35,679 bases of DNA. Origin: a virus. Lineage: Duplodnaviria; Caudoviricetes. The DNA lies in the IMG/VR virus record IMGVR_UViG_3300009095_000037, positions 1 to 35,679 of that record. One strand, given 5' to 3'. This document shows, piece by piece, positions 25,752 through 34,685 of the stretch. Each line of letters starts with the position of its first letter. Position 1 is the stretch's first letter. The notes under the pieces were generated by a model. It searched no databases. It was not told the origin of the DNA and saw nothing but the letters and a program-made list of their open reading frames with translations. Both the position numbers and the translations under genes were made by a program.

Positions 25752-27486
25752 AGCGGCGACGGCGCAGTGCCGCTGGGTGGCCTAGCAGGTCGTAGCGGAA
25801 GGGACCACCTTCTTCGACTGGCCAATGCCGAAAGTGTTTTCTCAAGGTGCGGCATTGGTTTATCAAAGGCTCGACGTTGTCTTCCAAGATGGTCAGCACT
25901 GGTTTTTTACCAGCTTTAGGGCGAGTCGGCCTGCCCATGATCTGCTGGATGATGTTCTTGTCCGATACCGGCTCGCAAAGGATTACGGTATCTAGGTCTT
26001 TGTCGTCCAGGCCTTCCTTGCCGTACTTCATGATGGCAAAAATGACTCTGCGCTCCTTTAGCATTTTGTAGCGCAGTTCTGGGGGGACCATCTCCGTGAA
26101 GAGGCCAGCCGTGCTTTCTTTTGTCAGCAGGTGTTCTAAGAACGCCTTTTGTCGTTTGCGCAGTTCCTTCATGACAAGTTTGTGCGCGTCGTCTTTTTGC
26201 AATGCCAGTTTATGGTCGTAAAGTTTGTCTTCGAAGCGTTTGACGTGACCTGGGGGCAAGCGCTGTCTATTCTTGGCCAAGTTGACGGTTATTTCTTTTA
26301 CGGCTTTCTCTACGAGACGTCGTTTACGGGGGTCGAGGCCTTCCGGATCTACAGCTAGATTAAGCTCTTCTTTGGTTGGTATCGGGATTTCCGAAAAGAG
26401 CATGGCGTTCGGGTCGCCTTCCGTCCACAACGTCATCAGGTTGACGACTTCGTTTACCGAATTGGACAGGACCAAAATCTTCCTGCCTTTTTGGTAGGCG
26501 GCGTCTACTTCCGGAAGAACGACTTGAGTTAGCCGTTTACGCCAACCACCGAAATAGACAGCGAGTTTGCCTAGATGGATTTCCCCGTTCACGTCTCGGG
26601 TTTCTAGCAACACCTGCGGGTTTTCGTTGTCCAGTTCCAGGGCTGTCCATCGGAAGTAGATGGCCGGAGTCAGGTCCTGCTTTACGTCTTTGTAGACGAC
26701 GGGGCCGATATGGTGGTGGCAAATGACATGGAGACCGTCTTGGCGGTCTGGGGTGGCGCTGAGCGCTATGCGTTTGCCATAGAACAGGGGCGCGGACTTA
26801 GAAAAAACCGGTGCGTTTACGTGGTGGCCCTCGTCCCAGATGGTGAGCCCGAACCAGCGCCTCACTTCTTCTGGGATCTCGTCGGCCCAGCTTGCTAGCG
26901 TTTGGTAGGTAGCTAGGACGATGTTCTTTTTCCAGATTCTTACGTCACCTTTGATGAGGCCGACCCCGCCTGGAACCTCTAGGTGACGGGCGACTTCCTT
27001 GTTCCATTGCTCTAGTAGGTGCGTGTTGTCTACGACGATCAGGGTCGGGACTTGTAGCTGGGCCGCTAACTCTAGCGCTACTACTGATTTTCCTTTTCCA
27101 CAGCCCAACTGAAGCGTTCCCCCCTCTGCTTTCAATAGAGCTTGCAGCGCCTCACGCTGCAGAGTCTTGCCGGTGGGAACGAGCTGATCGTTCTCTCGTA
27201 TGTGATCAAGCTTTATTCTACTTTTTACATTGGTCTTTTTGTAGTATTGAGGCCGGCAGTCTACTACCTCACATTCGAAATCGTCAGACTTCCAGAAGGC
27301 TCTGGGGACTTTAATGTGATGCTCTGTTTCCTCCCAGAGCAGCAGGTAGCGCACCGACTCCTTGTTAAATAGTTCGAACGTGAGGGAGTTTTTAACTCCC
27401 TCAACGTTCACTAAGCTTTTTGGGATCCACAGATGCGCATCGAGGTACCCTTTCTGTGGATCCCTTTTAATAAATTCCATGGGCAC
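25708..27486 (-). CDS. Superfamily 2 DExH helicase (UvsW/XPB-like)
   Basis: GCGKGKS, ATYQT, DEGHH, SATPDR.DG, EGLD, QIMGR. Confidence 0.9.
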   Translation of the reverse strand: MPMEFIKRDPQKGYLDAHLWIPKSLVNVEGVKNSLTFELFNKESVRYLLLWEETEHHIKVPRAFWKSDDFECEVVDCRPQYYKKTNVKSRIKLDHIRENDQLVPTGKTLQREALQALLKAEGGTLQLGCGKGKSVVALELAAQLQVPTLIVVDNTHLLEQWNKEVARHLEVPGGVGLIKGDVRIWKKNIVLATYQTLASWADEIPEEVRRWFGLTIWDEGHHVNAPVFSKSAPLFYGKRIALSATPDRQDGLHVICHHHIGPVVYKDVKQDLTPAIYFRWTALELDNENPQVLLETRDVNGEIHLGKLAVYFGGWRKRLTQVVLPEVDAAYQKGRKILVLSNSVNEVVNLMTLWTEGDPNAMLFSEIPIPTKEELNLAVDPEGLDPRKRRLVEKAVKEITVNLAKNRQRLPPGHVKRFEDKLYDHKLALQKDDAHKLVMKELRKRQKAFLEHLLTKESTAGLFTEMVPPELRYKMLKERRVIFAIMKYGKEGLDDKDLDTVILCEPVSDKNIIQQIMGRPTRPKAGKKPVLTILEDNVEPLINQCRTLRKHFRHWPVEEGGPFRYDLLGHPAALRRRRYGEKRNPTYFKASG

Positions 27487-27492
27487 TCTTCC

Positions 27493-27978
27493 TTACTTCG
27501 TGAAACTCTCCGTGTCTACGAAATTACTAATTGTATGGCCGAACGCTTTTACGATCGACCGCAATATTTCTATACCCAACCGCCTTGCCACCGGTTGGGT
27601 TGTGGGCTCACGGACGCTCAGATATTGCGGAATATGGAAACTGTTTGAATGCTGCGGCCCGGGAACCCCGGGAACCGCAGGCTCCATTGGATGCCGGTAC
27701 GGCACCGGCTGCTGTGGCCAAATGGGCCTTATTGGTGGAGGGGGCGCTGGCGCTGCGTAGGCCGGTTTTTGTGCATTACGGGTCAGATTTGTTGCCGGTA
27801 CCGTGACCGTGTGGTTGTTTCTTATGGTCGCGGCACAGGCATCTTTGTAGTGACATGGTTCTCTTACATGCTGACCTCTCTCATTTGTGTATGTTGGGTC
27901 TAATCCACCTGTACATTCTTTTGCGTTCGGGCTCCACAACCTTCCGAAGCAACTAGGCGGACTGTCTTGTCTTACCAA
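27493..27978 (-). CDS. Hypothetical protein with N-terminal four-Cys motif and Pro-rich linker
   Basis: CFG..W......C...C....C. GGAGG RBS before a TTG start. First gene of the leftward operon. Confidence 0.7.
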   Translation of the reverse strand: MVRQDSPPSCFGRLWSPNAKECTGGLDPTYTNERGQHVREPCHYKDACAATIRNNHTVTVPATNLTRNAQKPAYAAPAPPPPIRPIWPQQPVPYRHPMEPAVPGVPGPQHSNSFHIPQYLSVREPTTQPVARRLGIEILRSIVKAFGHTISNFVDTESFTK

Positions 27979-28103
27979 TATTGCCTCCTGAGCTAGGCAG
28001 GACCTGGCTCACATTCTTCTTATCCCTCCCTATTTGCCCGGTTTGCAGCGTTTTACCAATAGATAGACGGGCAGGGTAGAATGACTTGGTTACAGGAGTA
28101 CTA
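27979..28103. promoter_or_regulatory. Divergent promoter region
   Basis: Lies between head-to-head operons. The + strand has TTACCA-18-TAGAAT (28053-28082). The - strand has GGGATAAG (28026-28019). Inverted repeat tgcccg/cgggca. Confidence 0.55.
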
Positions 28104-29456
28104 ATGCGACTCAGCGGTCTCATTCTGGATTTGTACGATGATCCTTCTAGCATCAAGGAGATCTATCCAGATCTTAAATCGGTGCCAGAGGAAGTTAAGG
28201 TTGCTCATGGCTTGAGTAGTGCTGAGCTAGACCGCCTGCCGGATGACGTGTTCGCTCTGGTGATGCTTGAACCAGAGGGCCGTTTTAGAAAGTACGCGTG
28301 TGTCGATAAAGGCAACACGTTGATCAACATTGAGTACTTTTTGAAGCACGCGCACAAGCTCCCCGCTCAAGCGCAAAAGGTGGCCGCCCAAAATCTGGTC
28401 ACGGCTTGTGGTTGGTACGATTTGGAGCCGCCCGAGCAACTGCAAAAAATTGCCATCGGGCTTGTGCAGGCAGCAAACCTGGCTTTGGCTGGCCCCTCTG
28501 TCATAAAAGGGACGGCCAATCAAGTTAGGGCCAACCTGGCCGCGGTCAACGCTGCGGAAAGCCCGCCGGGTCAGCTAGGGGGGAGGGTGGTCACCCCAGC
28601 AATGACCGAGGCCATTCTTAAAAAGGCCGAGGCGACTGGTAGCCAGCTAATGCCTTTGCAGCCGCCCGGCAAGCTGCGGCGGGGTGCAGAGCCGTTGGCT
28701 GCAGCCGCTTCCACTTCTGCTGAGAAAAGCGCTGCTTACTTGCAGCCGTATGTGGACACCGCGGCGGCAAAAGTTGCCAGCCCCAAGGTAGAAAAGCGCG
28801 CTAGTAGCTATGCCCTTGGTGAGAGCTATGGTTATAAGTATCCCTTGGACAGCTACGCCCAAGTGAAGACCGCCGCGCAGTATTTTGACGAGTACTGCAA
28901 TGTTTTTTCCCCTGAGCAGCGGCGAGAGTATTGCGAAAACTTATTGAAGAGAGCCAGCGAGCTTGGTATTGCGGTCAGCGATACGGTTCGTAAGTACGGC
29001 TCTGACAGGTATGCCCCCGCCGAAGAGTTGAAGGTAGCTCTGGATATTCGCGCGCAGTACATGGACGGTGAGCAGCGCAGTATGTTGGAAGCCCTGCTGG
29101 AGAAGCGTGCTGCGATCCCGCCCGAGGTTTTCTGCGAAGCACTTTCTGAGCTAGATAAGTTAGCGAAGATCGATTGGATGTACGACAGCGGCATTTACGA
29201 CCCGTATTTTTCTACCTACGGGTTCGAGAAGAAGGCCGAGGAAGACGTCTGGTTGAACGGCAACGACTACGTGACCAAGGAGCAGCTAGAAGCCTTTGGC
29301 CTCACCAACTACTCCAGCCTGAAGCAAAGTTACGGTGAAGACTTCGCTTCGGAGTTTAGGAAAGACCCGTGGGGTGTTTTCTCTTCGTTACCAGTAGACC
29401 AACAGCGCCGGCTGGCGCGCATGGCTACTGACAACGCACCGACTCATAGCAAATAA
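28104..29456 (+). CDS. Putative head-associated protein with two DUF6582-like motifs and many K-x-A sites
   Basis: AGGAG RBS before ATG 28104. Motifs LDRLPDDVFAL...RKYA and YAL....KYPLDSYAQVKTAAQYF...LLKRASELGI. Co-transcribed with the portal gene. Confidence 0.55.
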   Translation: MRLSGLILDLYDDPSSIKEIYPDLKSVPEEVKVAHGLSSAELDRLPDDVFALVMLEPEGRFRKYACVDKGNTLINIEYFLKHAHKLPAQAQKVAAQNLVTACGWYDLEPPEQLQKIAIGLVQAANLALAGPSVIKGTANQVRANLAAVNAAESPPGQLGGRVVTPAMTEAILKKAEATGSQLMPLQPPGKLRRGAEPLAAAASTSAEKSAAYLQPYVDTAAAKVASPKVEKRASSYALGESYGYKYPLDSYAQVKTAAQYFDEYCNVFSPEQRREYCENLLKRASELGIAVSDTVRKYGSDRYAPAEELKVALDIRAQYMDGEQRSMLEALLEKRAAIPPEVFCEALSELDKLAKIDWMYDSGIYDPYFSTYGFEKKAEEDVWLNGNDYVTKEQLEAFGLTNYSSLKQSYGEDFASEFRKDPWGVFSSLPVDQQRRLARMATDNAPTHSK

Positions 29457-30241
29457 TGTCCAATGAAGAGTTGTTCGATTCCATCTTCGAGAAGGCCTCT
29501 GCTGCCCCCGTCGAAGACGACCTAGAACCGACGATCGTCGTAGAGACGGTCGATGGCGAAGAAGCCGAGGTACAACCCGAACTCAAAATTGAAAAGACCT
29601 CCAGCGTTACTGCCATAAACCTATTCAGAAATCCTGAGGCCCACCCCCTGGTTTTAGATCTAGCTCTGCTCCGTAAGTACGGGCTCGATTGGTTGGGCTG
29701 GGAGCTAGAGACCCTGGAGTTTCGCATCCCTCAGGACTTCAAGACCCCGACAGTAAGCGACCTAAACATAGAAAAGGTGCAGGCCTGTAAAGCCATGCAC
29801 CTAGTAGATTCATTTTGGTTGCAGTGGGAGGTGTTTCAGCCTTGTGTCATTGCACTCAACGGGTTGCTCGCAGACTTCGAGGTGATGCAGATCCCAACGG
29901 TTGCTCAATGCTTGGTTGCCGTAGACATCGCCAACAGAATCCGTCAAGACGTACCCTGGTCCTTGGAGGTAAAACGCTACCTAGGGGTAGTCCATCGCTA
30001 CAATGACATTCTGTGCGTGCAGCCCCCTTTGGACTTCGTAGAAATAGATGTCGAAGGTCTGCCCTTAGATTGCAACAAAGTGGCGGAGCTCTGGCCCCTG
30101 GCTAGAAAATTGGGCAAGCCTCCACCCGGTGCTGGATTCATAGAAGCTGAGCAGATTAGACGGATGCTAGAAGCGCGGGCTTACTTGGAAGAGAGCCGCG
30201 AGAAACTTCGCTCACAATTGATGGTGTTGCAGCATGTCTAA
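29456..30241 (+). CDS. Hypothetical protein (head module)
   Basis: 261 aa, TAATG coupling, acidic N-terminal extension. Confidence 0.75.
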   Translation: MSNEELFDSIFEKASAAPVEDDLEPTIVVETVDGEEAEVQPELKIEKTSSVTAINLFRNPEAHPLVLDLALLRKYGLDWLGWELETLEFRIPQDFKTPTVSDLNIEKVQACKAMHLVDSFWLQWEVFQPCVIALNGLLADFEVMQIPTVAQCLVAVDIANRIRQDVPWSLEVKRYLGVVHRYNDILCVQPPLDFVEIDVEGLPLDCNKVAELWPLARKLGKPPPGAGFIEAEQIRRMLEARAYLEESREKLRSQLMVLQHV

Positions 30242-31274
30242 TATCGGAGCTGTCACTTTGCGCTCTTTTCAGAAAGAGCTAGAGAAAAATGCGGCGGGTA
30301 TCGCTGACCTGATTTCTCATTTGGGCAGACGCGGCCTTAGGCACAATGTGCAAGCCGGGTTGGGCACTGGTCTTGGTTTAGGCGCGCTTGGCGGTGCGAC
30401 CTTGGGCGGGGCTGCGCAGGCCTATCAAGGTTACAATGCGGCTCGTGAGGCTGGGCTCGGGACTGGGTCGAGTTTGCTCTACGGCCTTAGTGGTGGCGCC
30501 GCTGGCGCCTTACAGGGTGCTGCCGTCGGCGGGGCCTCAGGCGGACTGGCGGGGGGCCTGATGAGCGCGTACCTGACGGGCGCGTACGGGCCGCGGCAAG
30601 TCCTGAGGGCTCACAGGTACCTGGCGGGTCGAAAAGGCGTTATAGGGGCTGCTACGCGCTTTGGGCAGCGGCAGGTCCATGGCTTCACTGGGTGGCGGCC
30701 TGGTGGGTCCCGTCATTCTTTAGAAAAGATTCGTGGTGGGGCTTACTCAGCTCGAAGTGGGTTGGCTCGGGCGGCTCAGCAGGATAACCCACGAGCGTTG
30801 GCTACCGCCTTGCAACAGTTCAAGGCGATGGAGGAGGCTCAGGCGAAGGGACTTACCAGTATTCCGGGGCTGCTTGCTGCTGGGGTAAGGCGGCCGTTAG
30901 ACACAGCAAAAACCGTGGCCAAGAGTCAGTGGCAAGGCAGCAGCCCAGTTGAGAAAGCATTTACAGTTGGTTTGCCTGCGGCGGCGGTGGCGTCCTCTCT
31001 GGCTTCTGGCGATGAGCCGGGCGGTCCAGGACGTGGAGAAAATCTTTTGAGGGCAGTGGGCACGCTTGGGTACATGACGCCGTTGCCGCTCGGCGCCTCG
31101 GTTGCTTTAGGTTCTGCCACCGAGAGTTTGGGTGGCGGGGTTGGTAGGCTGATCGACAAGCTCAGGCGTGCTCGGGGAGCTGAGCCCGACCAGCCTGGCG
31201 ATACTGAACGGGCGACAGCGGATTACGTTTACGGTCCTGGGTACACGGGCCAAGTTCCAGAGATGGCAGGTTGA
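30234..31274 (+). CDS. Gly/Ala-rich glycine-zipper protein, possible internal virion protein
   Basis: FQKELEKNA N-terminus and long GxxxG arrays. Directly upstream of the portal gene. Confidence 0.5.
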   Translation: MSNIGAVTLRSFQKELEKNAAGIADLISHLGRRGLRHNVQAGLGTGLGLGALGGATLGGAAQAYQGYNAAREAGLGTGSSLLYGLSGGAAGALQGAAVGGASGGLAGGLMSAYLTGAYGPRQVLRAHRYLAGRKGVIGAATRFGQRQVHGFTGWRPGGSRHSLEKIRGGAYSARSGLARAAQQDNPRALATALQQFKAMEEAQAKGLTSIPGLLAAGVRRPLDTAKTVAKSQWQGSSPVEKAFTVGLPAAAVASSLASGDEPGGPGRGENLLRAVGTLGYMTPLPLGASVALGSATESLGGGVGRLIDKLRRARGAEPDQPGDTERATADYVYGPGYTGQVPEMAG

Positions 31275-31277
31275 GCT

Positions 31278-34200
31278 ATGAGTTTCATTGGTGGCGGGCT
31301 AAGTTTAAACGCTGGTTTAGGTGGTACTGCCCGTTTCAGTCAAACTCGTGGGCGTATAGGTGGTTCCGTCCAAGGGGTTAACTATCCGTCGCCATTTTTT
31401 GATATTGCTCATACGTACCTTCCGATCACCATCAAGGCGATGTTTCGGTGGTGCAGGTATTACTTCCTGACCAACCCGATCATCAATGCGGTGGTCTTCA
31501 AGATGAGCGAGTACCCGATTACGGATTTTGTAATCGACCACCCTGACAAAGAAATCGTCAATCGCTGGACGGAATATTTCAACGACCATCTACGCTACAG
31601 GTCGTTTCAAGTAGAATGTGGGCTGGATTACCATACTTACGGCAATGCCCTGACAGCGTTGAGCTTTCCGTTTCAGAAGTTCGTCATTTGCCCCCAGTGT
31701 AAGTTCAGCGCTGAGGCCAGGAAGATTAGGCCTTATTGGACCTTCACTAATTACGAGTTTAGGCTGGCTTGTCCCAAGTGTTTGCATACGGGTCCGGCGC
31801 AAGCCAAAGACTTTTACTTCAAGAATGCCTCTGGGGTTCGCCTGATGCGCTGGAACCCAGAGGACGTTGAAATCTTCTATTCTGACGTCACTGGCGACTA
31901 CACCTACTTCTACAACATTCCAAATACTGTTCGTAACGACGCCCTGATTGGCAAGAAAGAGGCCATCGAAAATATCCCGCAGATTTTCATTCAGGCGCTG
32001 AAGCAGCAGAAGGGTGTGACCTTTAACAAGGACATGCTCTTTCATTTGAAGCGACCGACGCTGGCCGACCAAGATCGGGGTTGGGGCATCCCGTTGTTGC
32101 TGCCGGTGCTGAAGGACGTTTTTTACCTGCAAATAATGAAAAAAGCTCAAGAATGTGTGGCCCCAGATACACTGCTAGAAACAGATCGTGGTCTTGTAAT
32201 AGCTGCTGAGATCAGGGTTGGGGATTTGGTTCGTACGCATCTAGGGAGATTCAAACGTATTTCCCAGTTGCGGGTGCGGCCAATGATAGAAGAGCGCGGT
32301 GACCACGCAGTTAAAATCTCAGTCACCGGGCTTCGCCATCTGCCCTCAGTTTTCTCCAACAACCATCCGTTGTGGGTCCTTAGTCGGAAGGATACAAAGG
32401 AGCACCAACGTTCGTCTGCGCCCCTTAGCTCCTCCGATCTACACGAGTTCAAATGGGTGGACGCTGGGAACGTTAAGGTTGGTGATTACATCGGCTACCC
32501 GATTCGACGCTGCCGCGAAACCAGAGGCGTCGCTATCGCGAAATATGTCGATGGGGAGAAGAGACTTCCTCAGTATTTAGAACTGGACGAGGATTTGGCT
32601 TACATAGCCGGTTGGTACGCCGGTGATGGGAGCATAGAGGCAGGGCGCGTCGATTTCTCATTGGGCCCGGACGCCGATGGCGTAGAGCTGCAAGAAGCAA
32701 TCGAGCGAGTATTTGGCGGTACTTTTTCTGTGTACCACAGCGCTGCTTCTAAGGGCTGGACGCTGTGTGCCTCCGATACCCTCATGTCCGAATTTTTAGC
32801 CAGGTGGATTCCTGGCGATGCAAGTAGCAAGCGCATCCCAGAGGAGATTGCGACCGCACCGGACAACGTCGTTCTGGCATTCCTTCGTGGCTACCTAGAA
32901 GCGAACGGCTACGTAAAAGATAAGGGGTACACGGAAGAGACCGTAGCTATTTGCTGCTCTAATAAGCAGCTCAGCTATCAGGTCTGGTCTCTGCTCATTT
33001 CTTTGGGTTGTATTGCCACTATATCTGAGCGGACGAGTTACGATACGGTTATAACAAAGACCGACGACTCCAAGCAGTTCATAAAGGGTGGCCGTCCTAA
33101 TTTCCATATTACGGTTAAATCGCGCTCGGCCCGACGCCTATTGGCTTTAATGCGCGGTGAAGATGCCGTAGTTGTGACCTCCGGGAATAGCGGCTTCTTC
33201 ATTAATGATTATTTCGCTGCTCGAGTTAGCGAAGTGGAAGTCGTGCCTTGCCCGGAAGTAATAAGTTTTGAGGTTGAGGACGATCACACTTTCTGTGTGC
33301 CTGGGATGGCCACGCACAATAGCATTTTGCTTGAGCATATCGTGCCACTCAGGATTCTGTTCCCGCAGCCGGGGTCAGGTACGTCCGACCCCTATACTTC
33401 TATTCATTTAGATCAGTGGCGGGACCACGTGGCTATGGAAATAGCGCGGTGGCGGTTAGACCCCAATTACATTCCGATTCTTCCGTTGCCCGTTGGTAAT
33501 CAGACGCTTGGCGGAGATGGGCGCGCCCTTCTTCTAGTGCAGGAGATGATCGCGATGGGGGAGCAGATCATCAACGGGATGCAGGTGCCGCTCGAATTCA
33601 TCAAAGGCGGCATGTCTTACGCGGGCACCAACGTGTCCATGCGCATGCTAGAGAACCAGTTCATAGGTTATTTGAGCCGTCACAAGCAGATGGCCAACTG
33701 GGTGCTAAAAAAGATCGCTGCGTATATGGATTGGCCAACGGCCACGGTTCGTTTCAAGCCGTTCAAGATGGCCGATGATATTCAGCGTAAGGCTTATCTC
33801 TTCCAGCTCAATCAAGCTGGTAAGGTCAGCGATACGACACTTCTGGCAGATTCCGATCTAAATCAGGAAGACGAGAACGAAACTATGAAGCGCGAGACTG
33901 CGTCTCGCATCTCCGCAATGGAAGAACAGCAGCTTGCTCTAGCCGAGCTTCAGGGTAAGCAGCAGGTCATCTCCATGAAGATGACCGCCAAGGCGCAGCA
34001 AGAGCTTGCCGAATCGATGGCCGCTCCCGCCGCCCCAGGCGAGCCTGGTGGGCCCAAAGACGCGATTAGTGCCGGACCCATGCAGGCTATGCAGAGCCCG
34101 TTAAACGACGGTCAGGACATGGGAATGGCCAACGGCCCCGCCCCTGGCCAGGAGGCGATGATGGGCGGCTCCAGTATCATTGCCGTCGCTAGCAGTATTG

Positions 34201-34442
34201 CTGCCCAGCTACTGCCTTTGGATGCCCAGTCTCAGCACCTTGCTGTCCAGGATTTGCGCAAGCAAAGCCCGGAGCTCGCCGATCTAGTCGTTCAATTCTT
34301 GGTCAGCATGGCGGGTCAGCAGCATCAGGAGCAACAGCAAGCGACCAACCAGCTTGGCGCAGCCGGGCAAGCGGCTCAGCAGGTGGACATGACCCCACTG
34401 CCCGAGCAAAGAGCCCCCCGAAGAGCCGCTGGGACTGTTTAA
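31278..34442 (+). CDS. Putative portal protein, intein-containing
   Basis: Extein motifs NPIINAVV, LDY..YGNA, RWNPEDV and LFHLKR.....RGWGIP.L..VL are typical of portals. Gln-rich C-terminal tail. Confidence 0.75.
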   Translation: MSFIGGGLSLNAGLGGTARFSQTRGRIGGSVQGVNYPSPFFDIAHTYLPITIKAMFRWCRYYFLTNPIINAVVFKMSEYPITDFVIDHPDKEIVNRWTEYFNDHLRYRSFQVECGLDYHTYGNALTALSFPFQKFVICPQCKFSAEARKIRPYWTFTNYEFRLACPKCLHTGPAQAKDFYFKNASGVRLMRWNPEDVEIFYSDVTGDYTYFYNIPNTVRNDALIGKKEAIENIPQIFIQALKQQKGVTFNKDMLFHLKRPTLADQDRGWGIPLLLPVLKDVFYLQIMKKAQECVAPDTLLETDRGLVIAAEIRVGDLVRTHLGRFKRISQLRVRPMIEERGDHAVKISVTGLRHLPSVFSNNHPLWVLSRKDTKEHQRSSAPLSSSDLHEFKWVDAGNVKVGDYIGYPIRRCRETRGVAIAKYVDGEKRLPQYLELDEDLAYIAGWYAGDGSIEAGRVDFSLGPDADGVELQEAIERVFGGTFSVYHSAASKGWTLCASDTLMSEFLARWIPGDASSKRIPEEIATAPDNVVLAFLRGYLEANGYVKDKGYTEETVAICCSNKQLSYQVWSLLISLGCIATISERTSYDTVITKTDDSKQFIKGGRPNFHITVKSRSARRLLALMRGEDAVVVTSGNSGFFINDYFAARVSEVEVVPCPEVISFEVEDDHTFCVPGMATHNSILLEHIVPLRILFPQPGSGTSDPYTSIHLDQWRDHVAMEIARWRLDPNYIPILPLPVGNQTLGGDGRALLLVQEMIAMGEQIINGMQVPLEFIKGGMSYAGTNVSMRMLENQFIGYLSRHKQMANWVLKKIAAYMDWPTATVRFKPFKMADDIQRKAYLFQLNQAGKVSDTTLLADSDLNQEDENETMKRETASRISAMEEQQLALAELQGKQQVISMKMTAKAQQELAESMAAPAAPGEPGGPKDAISAGPMQAMQSPLNDGQDMGMANGPAPGQEAMMGGSSIIAVASSIAAQLLPLDAQSQHLAVQDLRKQSPELADLVVQFLVSMAGQQHQEQQQATNQLGAAGQAAQQVDMTPLPEQRAPRRAAGTV
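32154..33320 (+). mobile_element. Intein (389 aa) with LAGLIDADG homing-endonuclease domain
   Basis: N-splice QE|CVAPDT, block B SNNHP, IAGWYAGDG and FLRGYLEANG, block F/G FEVEDDHTF...ATHN|S. Confidence 0.95.
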
Positions 34443-34456
34443 GTTTTTCTAGCGCA

Positions 34457-34490
34457 TAGCTAAAAGAAAAGGGGCCAGCCCTTTTCTTAG
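34457..34490. terminator. Bidirectional intrinsic terminator between convergent genes
   Basis: aagaaaaggg (34464-34473) / cccttttctt (34479-34488) perfect 10-bp stem. Confidence 0.8.
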
Positions 34491-34685
34491 TCATTCGCGG
34501 CGGAGGGAGACCGCCGCTTCGGTGGTGAGCAGCACCACCTGATCCGGGTCGTACCCCGCCTCTATGTACTTAGTACATATGTCTTTGAGTGCCTGCAGCA
34601 CTTCTTTTGTGAGTACTGCAGCCTCGGGGGCCGACAGCTTGGCCCGACAAAGCGGGCCAAGCGTGTCAAGCGTATTGCGCGTCAT
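34491..34685 (-). CDS. Hypothetical protein
   Basis: 64 aa, ATGA overlap, AAGGA RBS, ends at the terminator. Confidence 0.65.
   Translation of the reverse strand: MTRNTLDTLGPLCRAKLSAPEAAVLTKEVLQALKDICTKYIEAGYDPDQVVLLTTEAAVSLRRE

Noticed and set aside
31590-33338. Several antisense ORFs within the portal/intein gene
   Set aside because: They overlap a strongly supported CDS and show no recognisable motifs.
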